Below, in pieces: positions 47,699 to 57,934 of a stretch of DNA of 61,426 bases. Origin of the DNA: Clostridia bacterium (GTDB lineage: Bacteria; Bacillota; Clostridia; Oscillospirales; CAG-272); NCBI GenBank assembly GCA_017450885.1, contig JAFSSR010000076.1, positions 1 through 61,426 on the forward strand, written 5' to 3'. Position numbers and translations under genes: made by a program. The number at the start of each line of letters is the position of its first letter. The stretch's first letter is position 1. Below the pieces are notes generated by a model, which was given only the letters and a program-made list of their open reading frames with translations, was not told the origin of the DNA and searched no databases.

Positions 47699-48811
47699 AT
47701 GAAAAAAGTAATGCTGGTCTTCGGGACCCGTCCCGAGGCTATAAAAATGTGCCCGCTCGTCAATGAGCTGAAACGCCGCTCCGACGAGCTGCAGACCGTC
47801 GTCTGCGTCACCGCCCAGCACCGCCAGATGCTTGACGTGGTGCTCGACGCCTTTGGCGTCCTGCCGGACTACGACCTCTCCATAATGAAGGACAAGCAGA
47901 CCCTTTTCGACATCACTACCAACATTCTTGAACGCATAAAATCGGTGCTCGAAACGGAAAAGCCCGACGTCGTCCTCGTCCACGGCGATACGTCCACCAC
48001 CTTTGTGACCGCTCTCGCCTGCTTTTATCTGCAGATCCCGGTCGGACACGTTGAGGCGGGGCTTCGCACCTATAATATCTATTCCCCCTATCCGGAGGAG
48101 TTCAACCGTCAGGCAGTGTCGATCATAAGCAAATTCAATTTCACGCCGACCTCGCTTTCGCGCGATAACCTCGTGCGCGAGGGCAAGGACCCCGCGACCA
48201 TTTACGTCACGGGAAACACCGCCATCGACGCCCTTAATACCACCGTCAGGGAGAATTATACCCATCCCGAGCTCGAGTGGGCGGAGGGCAGCCGCCTCAT
48301 TATGATAACCGCTCACCGCCGCGAGAACCTGGGCGAGCCGATGAAGCATATGTTCCGCGCCATCCGTCGCGTTATGGACGAGCATCCCGACGTTAAGGCG
48401 ATCTATCCCATCCATATGAACCCCGTCGTCCGCGAGACCGCCAACGCCGAACTGGGCGGCGAGGACCGCGTCCGCATCATCGAGCCGCTCGACGTCCTCG
48501 ATTTCCACAATTTTCTCGCGCGCAGCTATATGATCCTCACCGACTCCGGCGGTATCCAGGAGGAGGCCCCGTCGCTCGGCAAGCCCGTCCTCGTCATGCG
48601 CGATACCACCGAGCGCCCCGAAGGCATCGCAGCCGGAACGCTCAAGCTCGTCGGTACCTCCGAGGAGACCATCTATACCGAGTTCACCCGCCTTCTCACC
48701 GATAAGACAGCCTACGACGCTATGTCCCGCGCCTCCAACCCCTACGGCGACGGCCACGCCTGCGAACGCATCGCGGACGTGTTGTGCGGGAAAGAGCTAA
48801 ATCCGCGTTGA
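47699..48811 (+). CDS. wecB: UDP-N-acetylglucosamine 2-epimerase (non-hydrolysing)
   Basis: MKKVMLVFGTRPEAIKMCPL, VHGDTSTT, HVEAGLRT and TDSGGIQEEAPSLGKPVLV motifs. The last codons and the stop lie inside repeat unit 1 of the downstream array. Confidence 0.9.
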   Translation: MKKVMLVFGTRPEAIKMCPLVNELKRRSDELQTVVCVTAQHRQMLDVVLDAFGVLPDYDLSIMKDKQTLFDITTNILERIKSVLETEKPDVVLVHGDTSTTFVTALACFYLQIPVGHVEAGLRTYNIYSPYPEEFNRQAVSIISKFNFTPTSLSRDNLVREGKDPATIYVTGNTAIDALNTTVRENYTHPELEWAEGSRLIMITAHRRENLGEPMKHMFRAIRRVMDEHPDVKAIYPIHMNPVVRETANAELGGEDRVRIIEPLDVLDFHNFLARSYMILTDSGGIQEEAPSLGKPVLVMRDTTERPEGIAAGTLKLVGTSEETIYTEFTRLLTDKTAYDAMSRASNPYGDGHACERIADVLCGKELNPR

Positions 48812-48889
48812 CACGCGGGCTAAATCCGACCTGACGGTCGGGCTAAATCCGCGACTTCGTCGCGGGCTAAATCCGCGTTGACACGCGGG
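48797..48889 (+). repeat. Left array: four tandem 23-24 bp units, each CTAAAT plus a GC mini-hairpin, and a fifth degenerate unit that supplies the RBS of the next gene
   Basis: ctaaatCCGCGttgacaCGCGGg (48797-48819), ctaaatCCGACCtgacGGTCGGg (48820-48842), ctaaatCCGCGACttcGTCGCGGg (48843-48866) and ctaaatCCGCGttgacaCGCGGg (48867-48889), followed by ctaaaacggagg. Confidence 0.85.
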
Positions 48890-48909
48890 CTAAAACGGAG
48901 GAAATCAGT

Positions 48910-49272
48910 ATGGCAGAGAGTGTGATGCTTGAGAAGTCAAAAGAATTTGCGATCAGTATTGTTAAAATATGCAAAGTAATTATGGCTGACAAGCATGAAT
49001 ATGTGATGACAAAGCAGTTGATTAAATCCGGAACTTCGATCGGAGCAAATATATATGAATCAAAATACGGACATAGCACCGCAGATTTTATATCAAAAAT
49101 GCAAATTGCTTTGAAAGAATGCTATGAGTCCGAGTATTGGCTTGAATTACTATATAGAACCGAGTTTATTGACAGCGAAAGGTTTGCGGAATTATCTCAT
49201 TCTTGCGGAGAGATCAGACGAATGCTTGTTTCGTCAATAAACACTGTAAAGTCAAACAAAGGAATAGAATAG
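48910..49272 (+). CDS. Four-helix-bundle protein (23S rRNA intervening-sequence protein / Avd-like family, TIGR02436-type)
   Basis: 120 aa. SKEFAISIVKICK...MTKQLIKSGTSIGANIYES...FISKMQIALKECYESEYWLELL fits the family signature (QL.RS.TSIGANI.E ... K...A.KE..ET.YWL). The gene is clearly AT-rich against ~60% GC flanks. RBS ggagg is present. Confidence 0.75.
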   Translation: MAESVMLEKSKEFAISIVKICKVIMADKHEYVMTKQLIKSGTSIGANIYESKYGHSTADFISKMQIALKECYESEYWLELLYRTEFIDSERFAELSHSCGEIRRMLVSSINTVKSNKGIE

Positions 49273-49296
49273 TCTATAGATTTCTGTAATAAAAAA

Positions 49297-49325
49297 CCGT
49301 CTGACATTGATTTCAGACGGTTTTT
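49297..49325. terminator. Bidirectional rho-independent terminator after the four-helix-bundle gene
   Basis: ccgtctga / tcagacgg stem flanked by aaaaaa and ttttt. Confidence 0.7.
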
Positions 49326-49338
49326 GTTATTTTATAAT

Positions 49339-49449
49339 CCCGCCCGCAGGCGGTAAGCCCGCCGCTGGCGGATTTAGCCCGACCGTCAGGTCGGATTTAG
49401 CCTGCGACGAAGTCGCAGATTTAGCCCGCGACAACGTCGCGGATTTAGC
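49339..49449 (-). repeat. Right array: five units of the same hairpin+CTAAAT repeat in inverted orientation, ending exactly at the alaS stop codon
   Basis: cccgcccgcaggcgg-taag, cccgccgctggcgg-atttag, cccgaccgtcaggtcgg-atttag, cctgcgacgaagtcgcag-atttag and cccgcgacaacgtcgcgg-atttag. Two units are reverse complements of left-array units, one of them with a compensatory C/T..G/A stem change. Confidence 0.85.
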
Positions 49450-52092
<2,643 letters not shown>

Positions 52093-52179
52093 GGCAGGGT
52101 ACCTCCGAAAAACTAAATGTCAAATTGAAAACCAATAAATAATTATATACTTTATTATCCGCTCTGTCAAGACGGAAAA

Positions 52180-53025
52180 TCAGCCGTGGCTGACCGGTAT
52201 GACGAGCAGGTAAACGTACTCCGATTCGGGAATGATCGGGGTGATCATGACCCCGCTCTTGTTGTATCCCAACGACCGCGTGTAGTCGTTCCGCAGCAGG
52301 GCGTTGAGGAACTTGTCGTCGTCCGGGGAGTCGCCCCAGAAAAACCCGATGTGGCAGTCTCCGGTCTCGAACGAGACGGGGTGTATGTAGATAAGGTCGC
52401 CCTTGCGGAGAACTCCGCTTTTCAGCGCGTCCGCGATGGTGGGGAAGCGGTAGCGCTGAAGGCCCGCGCGTTCCGCCGCGACCTTCCAGTTGTAGGCGTT
52501 CGCGTACGCACCGGATTGCGAAGGGATCCGCCCGATATCGCCGCCGCACCGCTGGAACACGCTTGAAAGGAAGCCCGCGCAGTTCATATGCGGATCGGCA
52601 AATCCGCCGCCCTTGTACTGAAGCAGAACCCAGGGCTGATCTATATTACGGAAAAGCCCCTGATACGGAGTGCCGAGGTATTCGTCGAGGTGGGCGGTAA
52701 GGAAGGACTCAACGTCCTCGGTACAGCCGAGCAGCTTGTCTATTGTCGAACCCTTGAATTCTGCGTAACCGGGGCGAACGGGCTCCTTCGGCGGCGGCTC
52801 CGTTGCCGGAGCCGTGTCCTCGGTCCCGGCGGACAGGGTATCCGCCGTTTCCTCCGGCTCCGTCTCCGGCGCGGGAAGCTCCGTTTCGGTCTCCGGCATG
52901 GGGGCGGATGTCTCCCCGGTCTCTTCCGCCGTTTCGGGCGGAGGGTCCCGCCTCGTTTGCGCGCAGGAGGAGAACAACGCCGCCGCCACAGCCGCCGCAA
53001 GCAGGAAAATAAACGCTTTTTTCAT
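52180..53025 (-). CDS. Lipoprotein with a possible papain-like (NlpC/P60/CHAP-like) Cys-His hydrolase domain
   Basis: Lipobox LFSSCAQ, then a P/E/T-rich linker. A candidate nucleophile in HMNCAGFLSSVF and a histidine in GDCHIGFFWG. The family was not firmly recognised. Confidence 0.4.
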   Translation of the reverse strand: MKKAFIFLLAAAVAAALFSSCAQTRRDPPPETAEETGETSAPMPETETELPAPETEPEETADTLSAGTEDTAPATEPPPKEPVRPGYAEFKGSTIDKLLGCTEDVESFLTAHLDEYLGTPYQGLFRNIDQPWVLLQYKGGGFADPHMNCAGFLSSVFQRCGGDIGRIPSQSGAYANAYNWKVAAERAGLQRYRFPTIADALKSGVLRKGDLIYIHPVSFETGDCHIGFFWGDSPDDDKFLNALLRNDYTRSLGYNKSGVMITPIIPESEYVYLLVIPVSHG

Positions 53026-53038
53026 TCAAGCCCTCGCT

Positions 53039-53063
53039 AAAACCGGGCGGATCTTCCGCCCGG
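53039..53063 (-). terminator. Rho-independent terminator after dnaI-like gene
   Basis: On the minus strand, ccgggcgg aagat ccgcccgg followed by tttt. Confidence 0.65.
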
Positions 53064-53081
53064 ACGCCGGTTTTCGGTCTC

Positions 53082-54047
53082 TTACTGTTTTCTGCTACGC
53101 ACGTCCTTGCCGGTGAAGAAAAGCGGATCGAACTCGCCGAACAGGCGGGAGGTTATACGGTCCTCGTAACGCTGGCGGAGCTCCTTCTGCGCAAGGTTGG
53201 TGTTGATTATCATCGGCTTTTTGCCGTTGAGCCTGGTGTTGATGATGTTGTACAGGCAGGCGACGGTAAAATTGTTGGTAAGCTCTGTTCCGAGATCGTC
53301 GATTATAAGCAGATCGCAGTCGAAATAACGGGCGGTCTCATCCTCGACGTCACTGTCGCGGCGTCCGAACTGCTGTTTGCCGAAATCGCGGAAGATATTC
53401 TGCGCCGTCTCGTATACGACGTCGAAGCCGCGCTCTATGACCGTCTTCGCGACGGAGGTGGAAAGATGCGTCTTGCCAAGTCCGGTGGCTCCGATAAGGA
53501 GCAGGTTTTTGCCCGACTCCGGGTCGAAGCTCTCCGCAAAAGAGCGGCAGCGGTAAAGAGCGTCGTTCGCCGCCTGAAAAGCGAGCGGATCGTCTTTATA
53601 GTATTCGACCGAGAAGCTGTCGAAGCTCTGCGTTTTAACGAGACCGCCGAGACCGGAGGTGACGAGCGTTTCCTCGACGATCGCCTTTTTGAGGCAGGAG
53701 CACATCTTTCCGCCCGCAAATCCGGTGTCGCGGCAGACGGGACAGTCGTAAACCGGCTCGCCCGCGTTTTCCGGTATTCCCAGCTTGTCGAGAAGCGCCC
53801 TGCGCCTCTCGGTCAGCTCGGCGTGTCTTGCGCGTATCTCTTCGAGCTTTTTCTCGACGTCGCCGCCGGAGGTCGCCGCGCCGAAGATATCGAGCGCGGT
53901 CCCGGAGAGCTTTTCGTCTATTTTGGCAAGCTCCGGTATGTCGGAGTGCAGGACGGCAAGCTCTGAAGCGGCTTTTGCCTCCGCCATGCTCTTTTTAGTT
54001 TCAAATCTCTCGCGTACCGTCCGGTAGTTTTTACTGCTGAATGCCAT
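53082..54047 (-). CDS. dnaI: DnaI/DnaC-like helicase-loader AAA+ ATPase
   Basis: N-terminal zinc-binding CPVCRDTG...MCSC, Walker A GATGLGKTHL and Walker B LLIIDDLGTE. ATG at 54047 lies 8 nt after aaggtga; the alternative GTG at 54059 overlaps the upstream stop. Confidence 0.75.
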   Translation of the reverse strand: MAFSSKNYRTVRERFETKKSMAEAKAASELAVLHSDIPELAKIDEKLSGTALDIFGAATSGGDVEKKLEEIRARHAELTERRRALLDKLGIPENAGEPVYDCPVCRDTGFAGGKMCSCLKKAIVEETLVTSGLGGLVKTQSFDSFSVEYYKDDPLAFQAANDALYRCRSFAESFDPESGKNLLLIGATGLGKTHLSTSVAKTVIERGFDVVYETAQNIFRDFGKQQFGRRDSDVEDETARYFDCDLLIIDDLGTELTNNFTVACLYNIINTRLNGKKPMIINTNLAQKELRQRYEDRITSRLFGEFDPLFFTGKDVRSRKQ

Positions 54048-54055
54048 GGCGGAGA

Positions 54056-55027
54056 TCACCTTTCGTTGTTATTGTTTTCACTTTCCCGCAGTTTTTGTGT
54101 GTTCTCTCTGGAGCGCTTGAGCGCCGCCTCGAAGAACTCGTCCGTGTCAAAGCTGCCGCCCTTTTGGCAGGCTTTCGTTTCGGCGTACTCCTTTTCGGCG
54201 CGTTCCACGTCTTCCGCCGTCTTGTAGCCTTTGTCGTGCCAGTTGCGGAGCACCTTTTCGAGATAGGAGACGGTGTATTTTCCGGTCTTTTCGACGGTGA
54301 CGTCGTAAGCCATCCTTATCATTTCTTCGTCCGTGCCCCGGTCGTTCCACTCTTCAAAACAGTTCTTTTCCTTCGCCGTAAGGGCGCGCGAGCCGATGCC
54401 GAACATCCGGCGCAGCCTGTTTTCCATATCGAGGTAGGAGTCGCGGGCGGTGATGTAAGCCTCGAGCTTTTCCGCGGTATCGACTCCGTCGTCGTACAGG
54501 GTATATGCGGTCTTCGTCACATAGGCGAGCGAGCATTTGCCCTTGCGCGCGCAGTATTCGGAGAGCATCAGCACAAAAGTCCCGTCGACGCCGAGATGGT
54601 GCATCATGGATACTATCGAGTTGGTGTCCGTGTAATTGAGCGACGATATGCCGAGGATACCCGCGCACTCGTCTATTACGTTGTTGAGACCCTCGTCCCT
54701 TATGATCTCTGCGAGTTCCTCGCCCCTATAGATCGGACGGGTCTCGGCGCAGGAGCGCGCCTGTCTGCTCTTTTTGCGTTCGCCCTCGCGCTTGACGGCT
54801 CCCGTCCCGCGCCAGAAATCAAGCGCGCGGTCGAGGTCTTCGCGTCTGCATCCGATAGAGGCGGCAAAGGCGTCCGCGTTTTCTTCGTAATCATCGCGCA
54901 GGGCGTCGTCCGCGGCAAGTCCGCAGAGCAGCTTGAGCTCGATCTCGGTGCAGGAGGCGAGCTTTTCGCGCAGGACGCCGGAAGGAAGGTTGGCGACTTT
55001 GCTGTCGAATTGGAACAGGTATCTCAT
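54056..55027 (-). CDS. DnaD/DnaB(Bsu)-domain replication initiation protein
   Basis: C-terminal DnaB_2-type repeat (...FEEWNDRGTDEEMIRMAYDVTVEKTGKYTVSYLEKVLRNWHDKGYKT). Lies directly upstream of the DnaI-like gene. Start trimmed to the ATG at 55027 (ATGA overlap with the rex stop). Confidence 0.7.
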   Translation of the reverse strand: MRYLFQFDSKVANLPSGVLREKLASCTEIELKLLCGLAADDALRDDYEENADAFAASIGCRREDLDRALDFWRGTGAVKREGERKKSRQARSCAETRPIYRGEELAEIIRDEGLNNVIDECAGILGISSLNYTDTNSIVSMMHHLGVDGTFVLMLSEYCARKGKCSLAYVTKTAYTLYDDGVDTAEKLEAYITARDSYLDMENRLRRMFGIGSRALTAKEKNCFEEWNDRGTDEEMIRMAYDVTVEKTGKYTVSYLEKVLRNWHDKGYKTAEDVERAEKEYAETKACQKGGSFDTDEFFEAALKRSRENTQKLRESENNNNER

Positions 55028-55680
55028 CTGTCGTCCTCTTCTTTTTCGCGTATCTCGTAGCAGAGCATCATGAGCGAGTCGCCCATGTGTACGTTCTGGA
55101 CGGTGATGCCGTGGTCGGAAGAGAAAAGCTCGGTGCTGGTGTAGTTCCATATGCCCTTGACGCCGCAGGAGGCGAGCCGCTCGGCGGCGGCGTGAGCCTC
55201 GGAGGCGGGCAGGGTGAGCACGGCTATGTCGATCTCGTTCTCGCGGCAGAAGTCCTCGAGCCGGTCGACGTCGAGTACGGGCACGTCGTCGATGTGCTTG
55301 CCTATCACGGCGGGATCTACGTCGAACATGGCGCAGACTTCAACTCCGCGCTTTGTGAATACGGGGCTCCCCGCGAGCGCCTGACCGAGCTTGCCCGCGC
55401 CGATTATTACGGCGTGGTAGTTTTCATTTACGCCCAGTATCTCGCTTATTTTTCCGTACAGGTAGGTCACGTTGTAGCCGTACCCCTGCTGACCGAAGCC
55501 GCCGAAGCAGTTGAGGTCCTGCCGTATCTGCGACGCGGTGACGTTCATGCGTTCGGCGAGCTCGTTTGAAGAGATGCGCAGTCTGTTCTCGTTGAGCAGC
55601 ATTCGGAGGTAGCGGAAATATCTCGGAAGCCGCTTTATGACCGCGGATGAGACGGGCGTCTCATTCTTCTTCTTGTTCAT
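55024..55680 (-). CDS. rex: Redox-sensing transcriptional repressor Rex
   Basis: IKRLPRYFRYL...ISSNELAERMNVTASQIRQDLNCFGGFGQQGYGYNV and the Rossmann GAGKLGQAL. Confidence 0.95.
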   Translation of the reverse strand: MNKKKNETPVSSAVIKRLPRYFRYLRMLLNENRLRISSNELAERMNVTASQIRQDLNCFGGFGQQGYGYNVTYLYGKISEILGVNENYHAVIIGAGKLGQALAGSPVFTKRGVEVCAMFDVDPAVIGKHIDDVPVLDVDRLEDFCRENEIDIAVLTLPASEAHAAAERLASCGVKGIWNYTSTELFSSDHGITVQNVHMGDSLMMLCYEIREKEEDDR

Positions 55681-55729
55681 TTCTTCCTCTGGTGGTAATC
55701 GTAGGATAAGATCCGGAACCGGATAAAAA

Positions 55730-56902
55730 TCAGATATTTTTCAGCGTTTCTTTGACGTATTCGGTGAACTGTTCGCAGGTCGCGCCGGTGTCGCGGCCGG
55801 TGATCCTGTACTTCTTATCGGTGAACATACAGAAATCGAGCGCCTTTTCAAGCCTGTCGGCCTCCGCCTGTCTCCCGATGTGGGAGAGCAGCATGACCGA
55901 CGCGCGGAGCATCGAGCAGGGGTCGGCGTACTTGCCGCGCCCCTCGGCGATCATACGGGGAGCCGAGCCGTGGATGGCCTCGAACATAGCGTATTTCTTG
56001 CCGATATTGGCGCTGCCCGCGGTGCCGACGCCGCCCTGGAACTCGGCGGCCTCGTCGGTGATGATGTCGCCGTAGAGGTTGGGGAGCACGAAGACCTGGA
56101 AATCTCCGCGGCGCTTCTCGTCGACCAGCTTGGCGGTCATTATGTCTACGAACCATTCGTCGGTGGCGATCTCGGGATAGTCCTTCGCTACGCCGCGGCA
56201 CTCCTCGAGGAATTTGCCGTCGGTGGTCTTGATGATGTTAGCCTTGGTGACGAGCGAAACGCGGGTCTTGCCGTTTTTCTTTGCGAATTCGTAGGCGAGC
56301 CGCGCGATGCGGCGGCTGCCCTCCGACGTGGTGACGCAGAAGTCGACTCCGAGGTCGGGCGTGACGTTCACGCCGTTGCTTCCGACGGCGTAACTGCCCT
56401 CGGTGTTCTCGCGGAAGAAGGTCCAGTCTATGCCTTTTTCCGGCACCTTGACGGGACGCACGTTGGCAAAGAGATCGAGCGCCTTGCGCATGGCGACGTT
56501 CGCGCTCTCGATGTTCGGCCAGCCGTCGCCTTTATGGGGCGTGGTGGTGGGACCCTTGAGGATGACGTCGCACTTCTTGAGCTCCTCCATCACGCCGTCC
56601 GGGATGGCCTTGAGCTGCGCGGCGCGGTTCTCTATGGTGAGGCCGTCTATATTGCGGAACTCTATCTTTCCCGCCTTCACCTCGTCGGCGAGCAGGTATT
56701 CGAGCACCTCTCTCGACGCCGCGGTAATGACCGGACCTATGCCGTCTCCTCCGCAGACGCCTATAACGATCTTATCGAGTTTGAGATAATCTACCGCTTC
56801 GCCCTCGGCGTTGATGCGCTCGACTCTCTCGAGCTGACCTTCGAGCAGCTTTGCGAAATGCTCCGCGGCGGCTTGTATCTGTTCTTTGTACTTTTCGTTC
56901 AT
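55730..56902 (-). CDS. Isocitrate/isopropylmalate dehydrogenase family enzyme (probably isocitrate dehydrogenase)
   Basis: GDGIGPVIT, RENTEGSY and NLYGDIITDEAA motifs of beta-decarboxylating dehydrogenases. About 40 aa of N-terminal extension. Confidence 0.8.
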   Translation of the reverse strand: MNEKYKEQIQAAAEHFAKLLEGQLERVERINAEGEAVDYLKLDKIVIGVCGGDGIGPVITAASREVLEYLLADEVKAGKIEFRNIDGLTIENRAAQLKAIPDGVMEELKKCDVILKGPTTTPHKGDGWPNIESANVAMRKALDLFANVRPVKVPEKGIDWTFFRENTEGSYAVGSNGVNVTPDLGVDFCVTTSEGSRRIARLAYEFAKKNGKTRVSLVTKANIIKTTDGKFLEECRGVAKDYPEIATDEWFVDIMTAKLVDEKRRGDFQVFVLPNLYGDIITDEAAEFQGGVGTAGSANIGKKYAMFEAIHGSAPRMIAEGRGKYADPCSMLRASVMLLSHIGRQAEADRLEKALDFCMFTDKKYRITGRDTGATCEQFTEYVKETLKNI

Positions 56903-56926
56903 TTTGACCCTCCGGGTAATTGTATC

Positions 56927-57934
56927 TTATCTTTTTGTGGCGTAGGCGTTCAGGCCGCTCGACGCGGTATTGCCCGCCAGATATTCGTAGTAGCCCTGCG
57001 CGCCTATCATGGCTCCGTTGTCTCCGCAGAGGCCAAGCGGCGGCATATACAGCCCGACTCCCCGCTTTTCGGCAAGCTCGGAAAGAGCCAGACGCAGATG
57101 CGAGTTTGCGGAAACGCCGCCGGCTATGACCAGCTTGTCGCTTCCGGTGAGGTCGAGCGCCTCGGACAGCCGCTTGACTATCGACCCGCAGACCGCCTTT
57201 GTAAACGACGCGCAGATGTCCGCGCGCGGAAGGGGCTCCCCCTTCTGATCCAGATTGTGTATATGGTTGATGACCGCCGTCTTGAGACCCGAAAAAGAGA
57301 AATCGAGCGTGTCCGGAAACCCCGCGGCGGAAGGGAAGTGTACAGCGTCCGGGTCGCCCTCTTTGGCGAGAGCGTCCATTTCCGCGCCGCCGGGATAGGG
57401 CATCCCCAAAAGTCTCGCCACCTTGTCGAACGCCTCGCCCGCCGCGTCGTCGCGCGTCGCGCCGATCGTCTCGAAATCGGTGTATCCCTTTACGTTGATT
57501 ATCGAAGTGTGTCCGCCCGACGCGACAAACGCTGTAAATGGCGGCTCCAGATCCTTGTGGGCGAGATAATTGGCGGCGACGTGCCCGCGTATGTGATTTA
57601 CCGGGACGAGCGGCTTGCCGTTCGCCGCGGCGATCCCTTTTGCGAAGTTGACGCCGACCAGCAAGGCTCCGATCAGTCCGGGAGCGTTGGTGACGGCGAC
57701 CGCCTCGATATCCGGCATCGAGACGCCGGACTCGGCAAACGCCTCGCGGGTAAGCCCGCTTATCGCCTCGGTGTGGGCGCGGCTGGCTATTTCCGGAACC
57801 ACTCCGCCGTAAAGCTTGTGTATAGAGATCTGCGACGCGACCTTGTTGGAGAGGATCTCCCGTTTGCCGCCGCCCATATCGACGACGGCGCACGCCGTCT
57901 CATCGCAGGAGCTCTCAAATGCGAGAATAAGCAT
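56927..57934 (-). CDS. tsaD: tRNA N6-adenosine threonylcarbamoyltransferase TsaD
   Basis: ILAFESSCDETA, the HxxxH metal site (HIRGHVAAN) and GGVSAN. Confidence 0.95.
   Translation of the reverse strand: MLILAFESSCDETACAVVDMGGGKREILSNKVASQISIHKLYGGVVPEIASRAHTEAISGLTREAFAESGVSMPDIEAVAVTNAPGLIGALLVGVNFAKGIAAANGKPLVPVNHIRGHVAANYLAHKDLEPPFTAFVASGGHTSIINVKGYTDFETIGATRDDAAGEAFDKVARLLGMPYPGGAEMDALAKEGDPDAVHFPSAAGFPDTLDFSFSGLKTAVINHIHNLDQKGEPLPRADICASFTKAVCGSIVKRLSEALDLTGSDKLVIAGGVSANSHLRLALSELAEKRGVGLYMPPLGLCGDNGAMIGAQGYYEYLAGNTASSGLNAYATKR

Noticed and set aside
46718-48757. A 679-aa minus-strand ORF antisense to wecC/wecB. Similar long antisense ORFs occur at 5747-6964, 6995-8434, 21351-22706, 26006-27322, 39227-41473, 44116-45552 and 55880-57946.
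   Set aside because: All are mirror-frame shadows of confidently identified genes, with low-complexity Gly/Arg/Val/Asp-rich translations and no family motifs.
48797-48889. A possible CRISPR array, seen as regularly spaced repeats with variable intervening sequence.
   Set aside because: The period is only 23-24 bp. The constant part is about 10 nt, and the variable part is a self-complementary hairpin and not a spacer. An inverted copy of the array lies 450 bp away, and there are no cas genes. This is REP/BIME-like and not CRISPR.
48910-49272. A diversity-generating retroelement, suggested by the Avd-like four-helix-bundle gene. The A-versus-G differences between the repeat units at 19961-20001 also prompted the idea.
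   Set aside because: There is no reverse transcriptase ORF in the window and no TR/VR pair of useful length. The repeated SLH segments differ by mixed substitutions, not adenine-specific ones. The 16-nt A/G pattern is too short to mean anything by itself.
52093-52179. A T-box leader upstream of alaS.
   Set aside because: The gap is only 87 nt and AT-rich, too short for a T-box, and there is no terminator/antiterminator pair.
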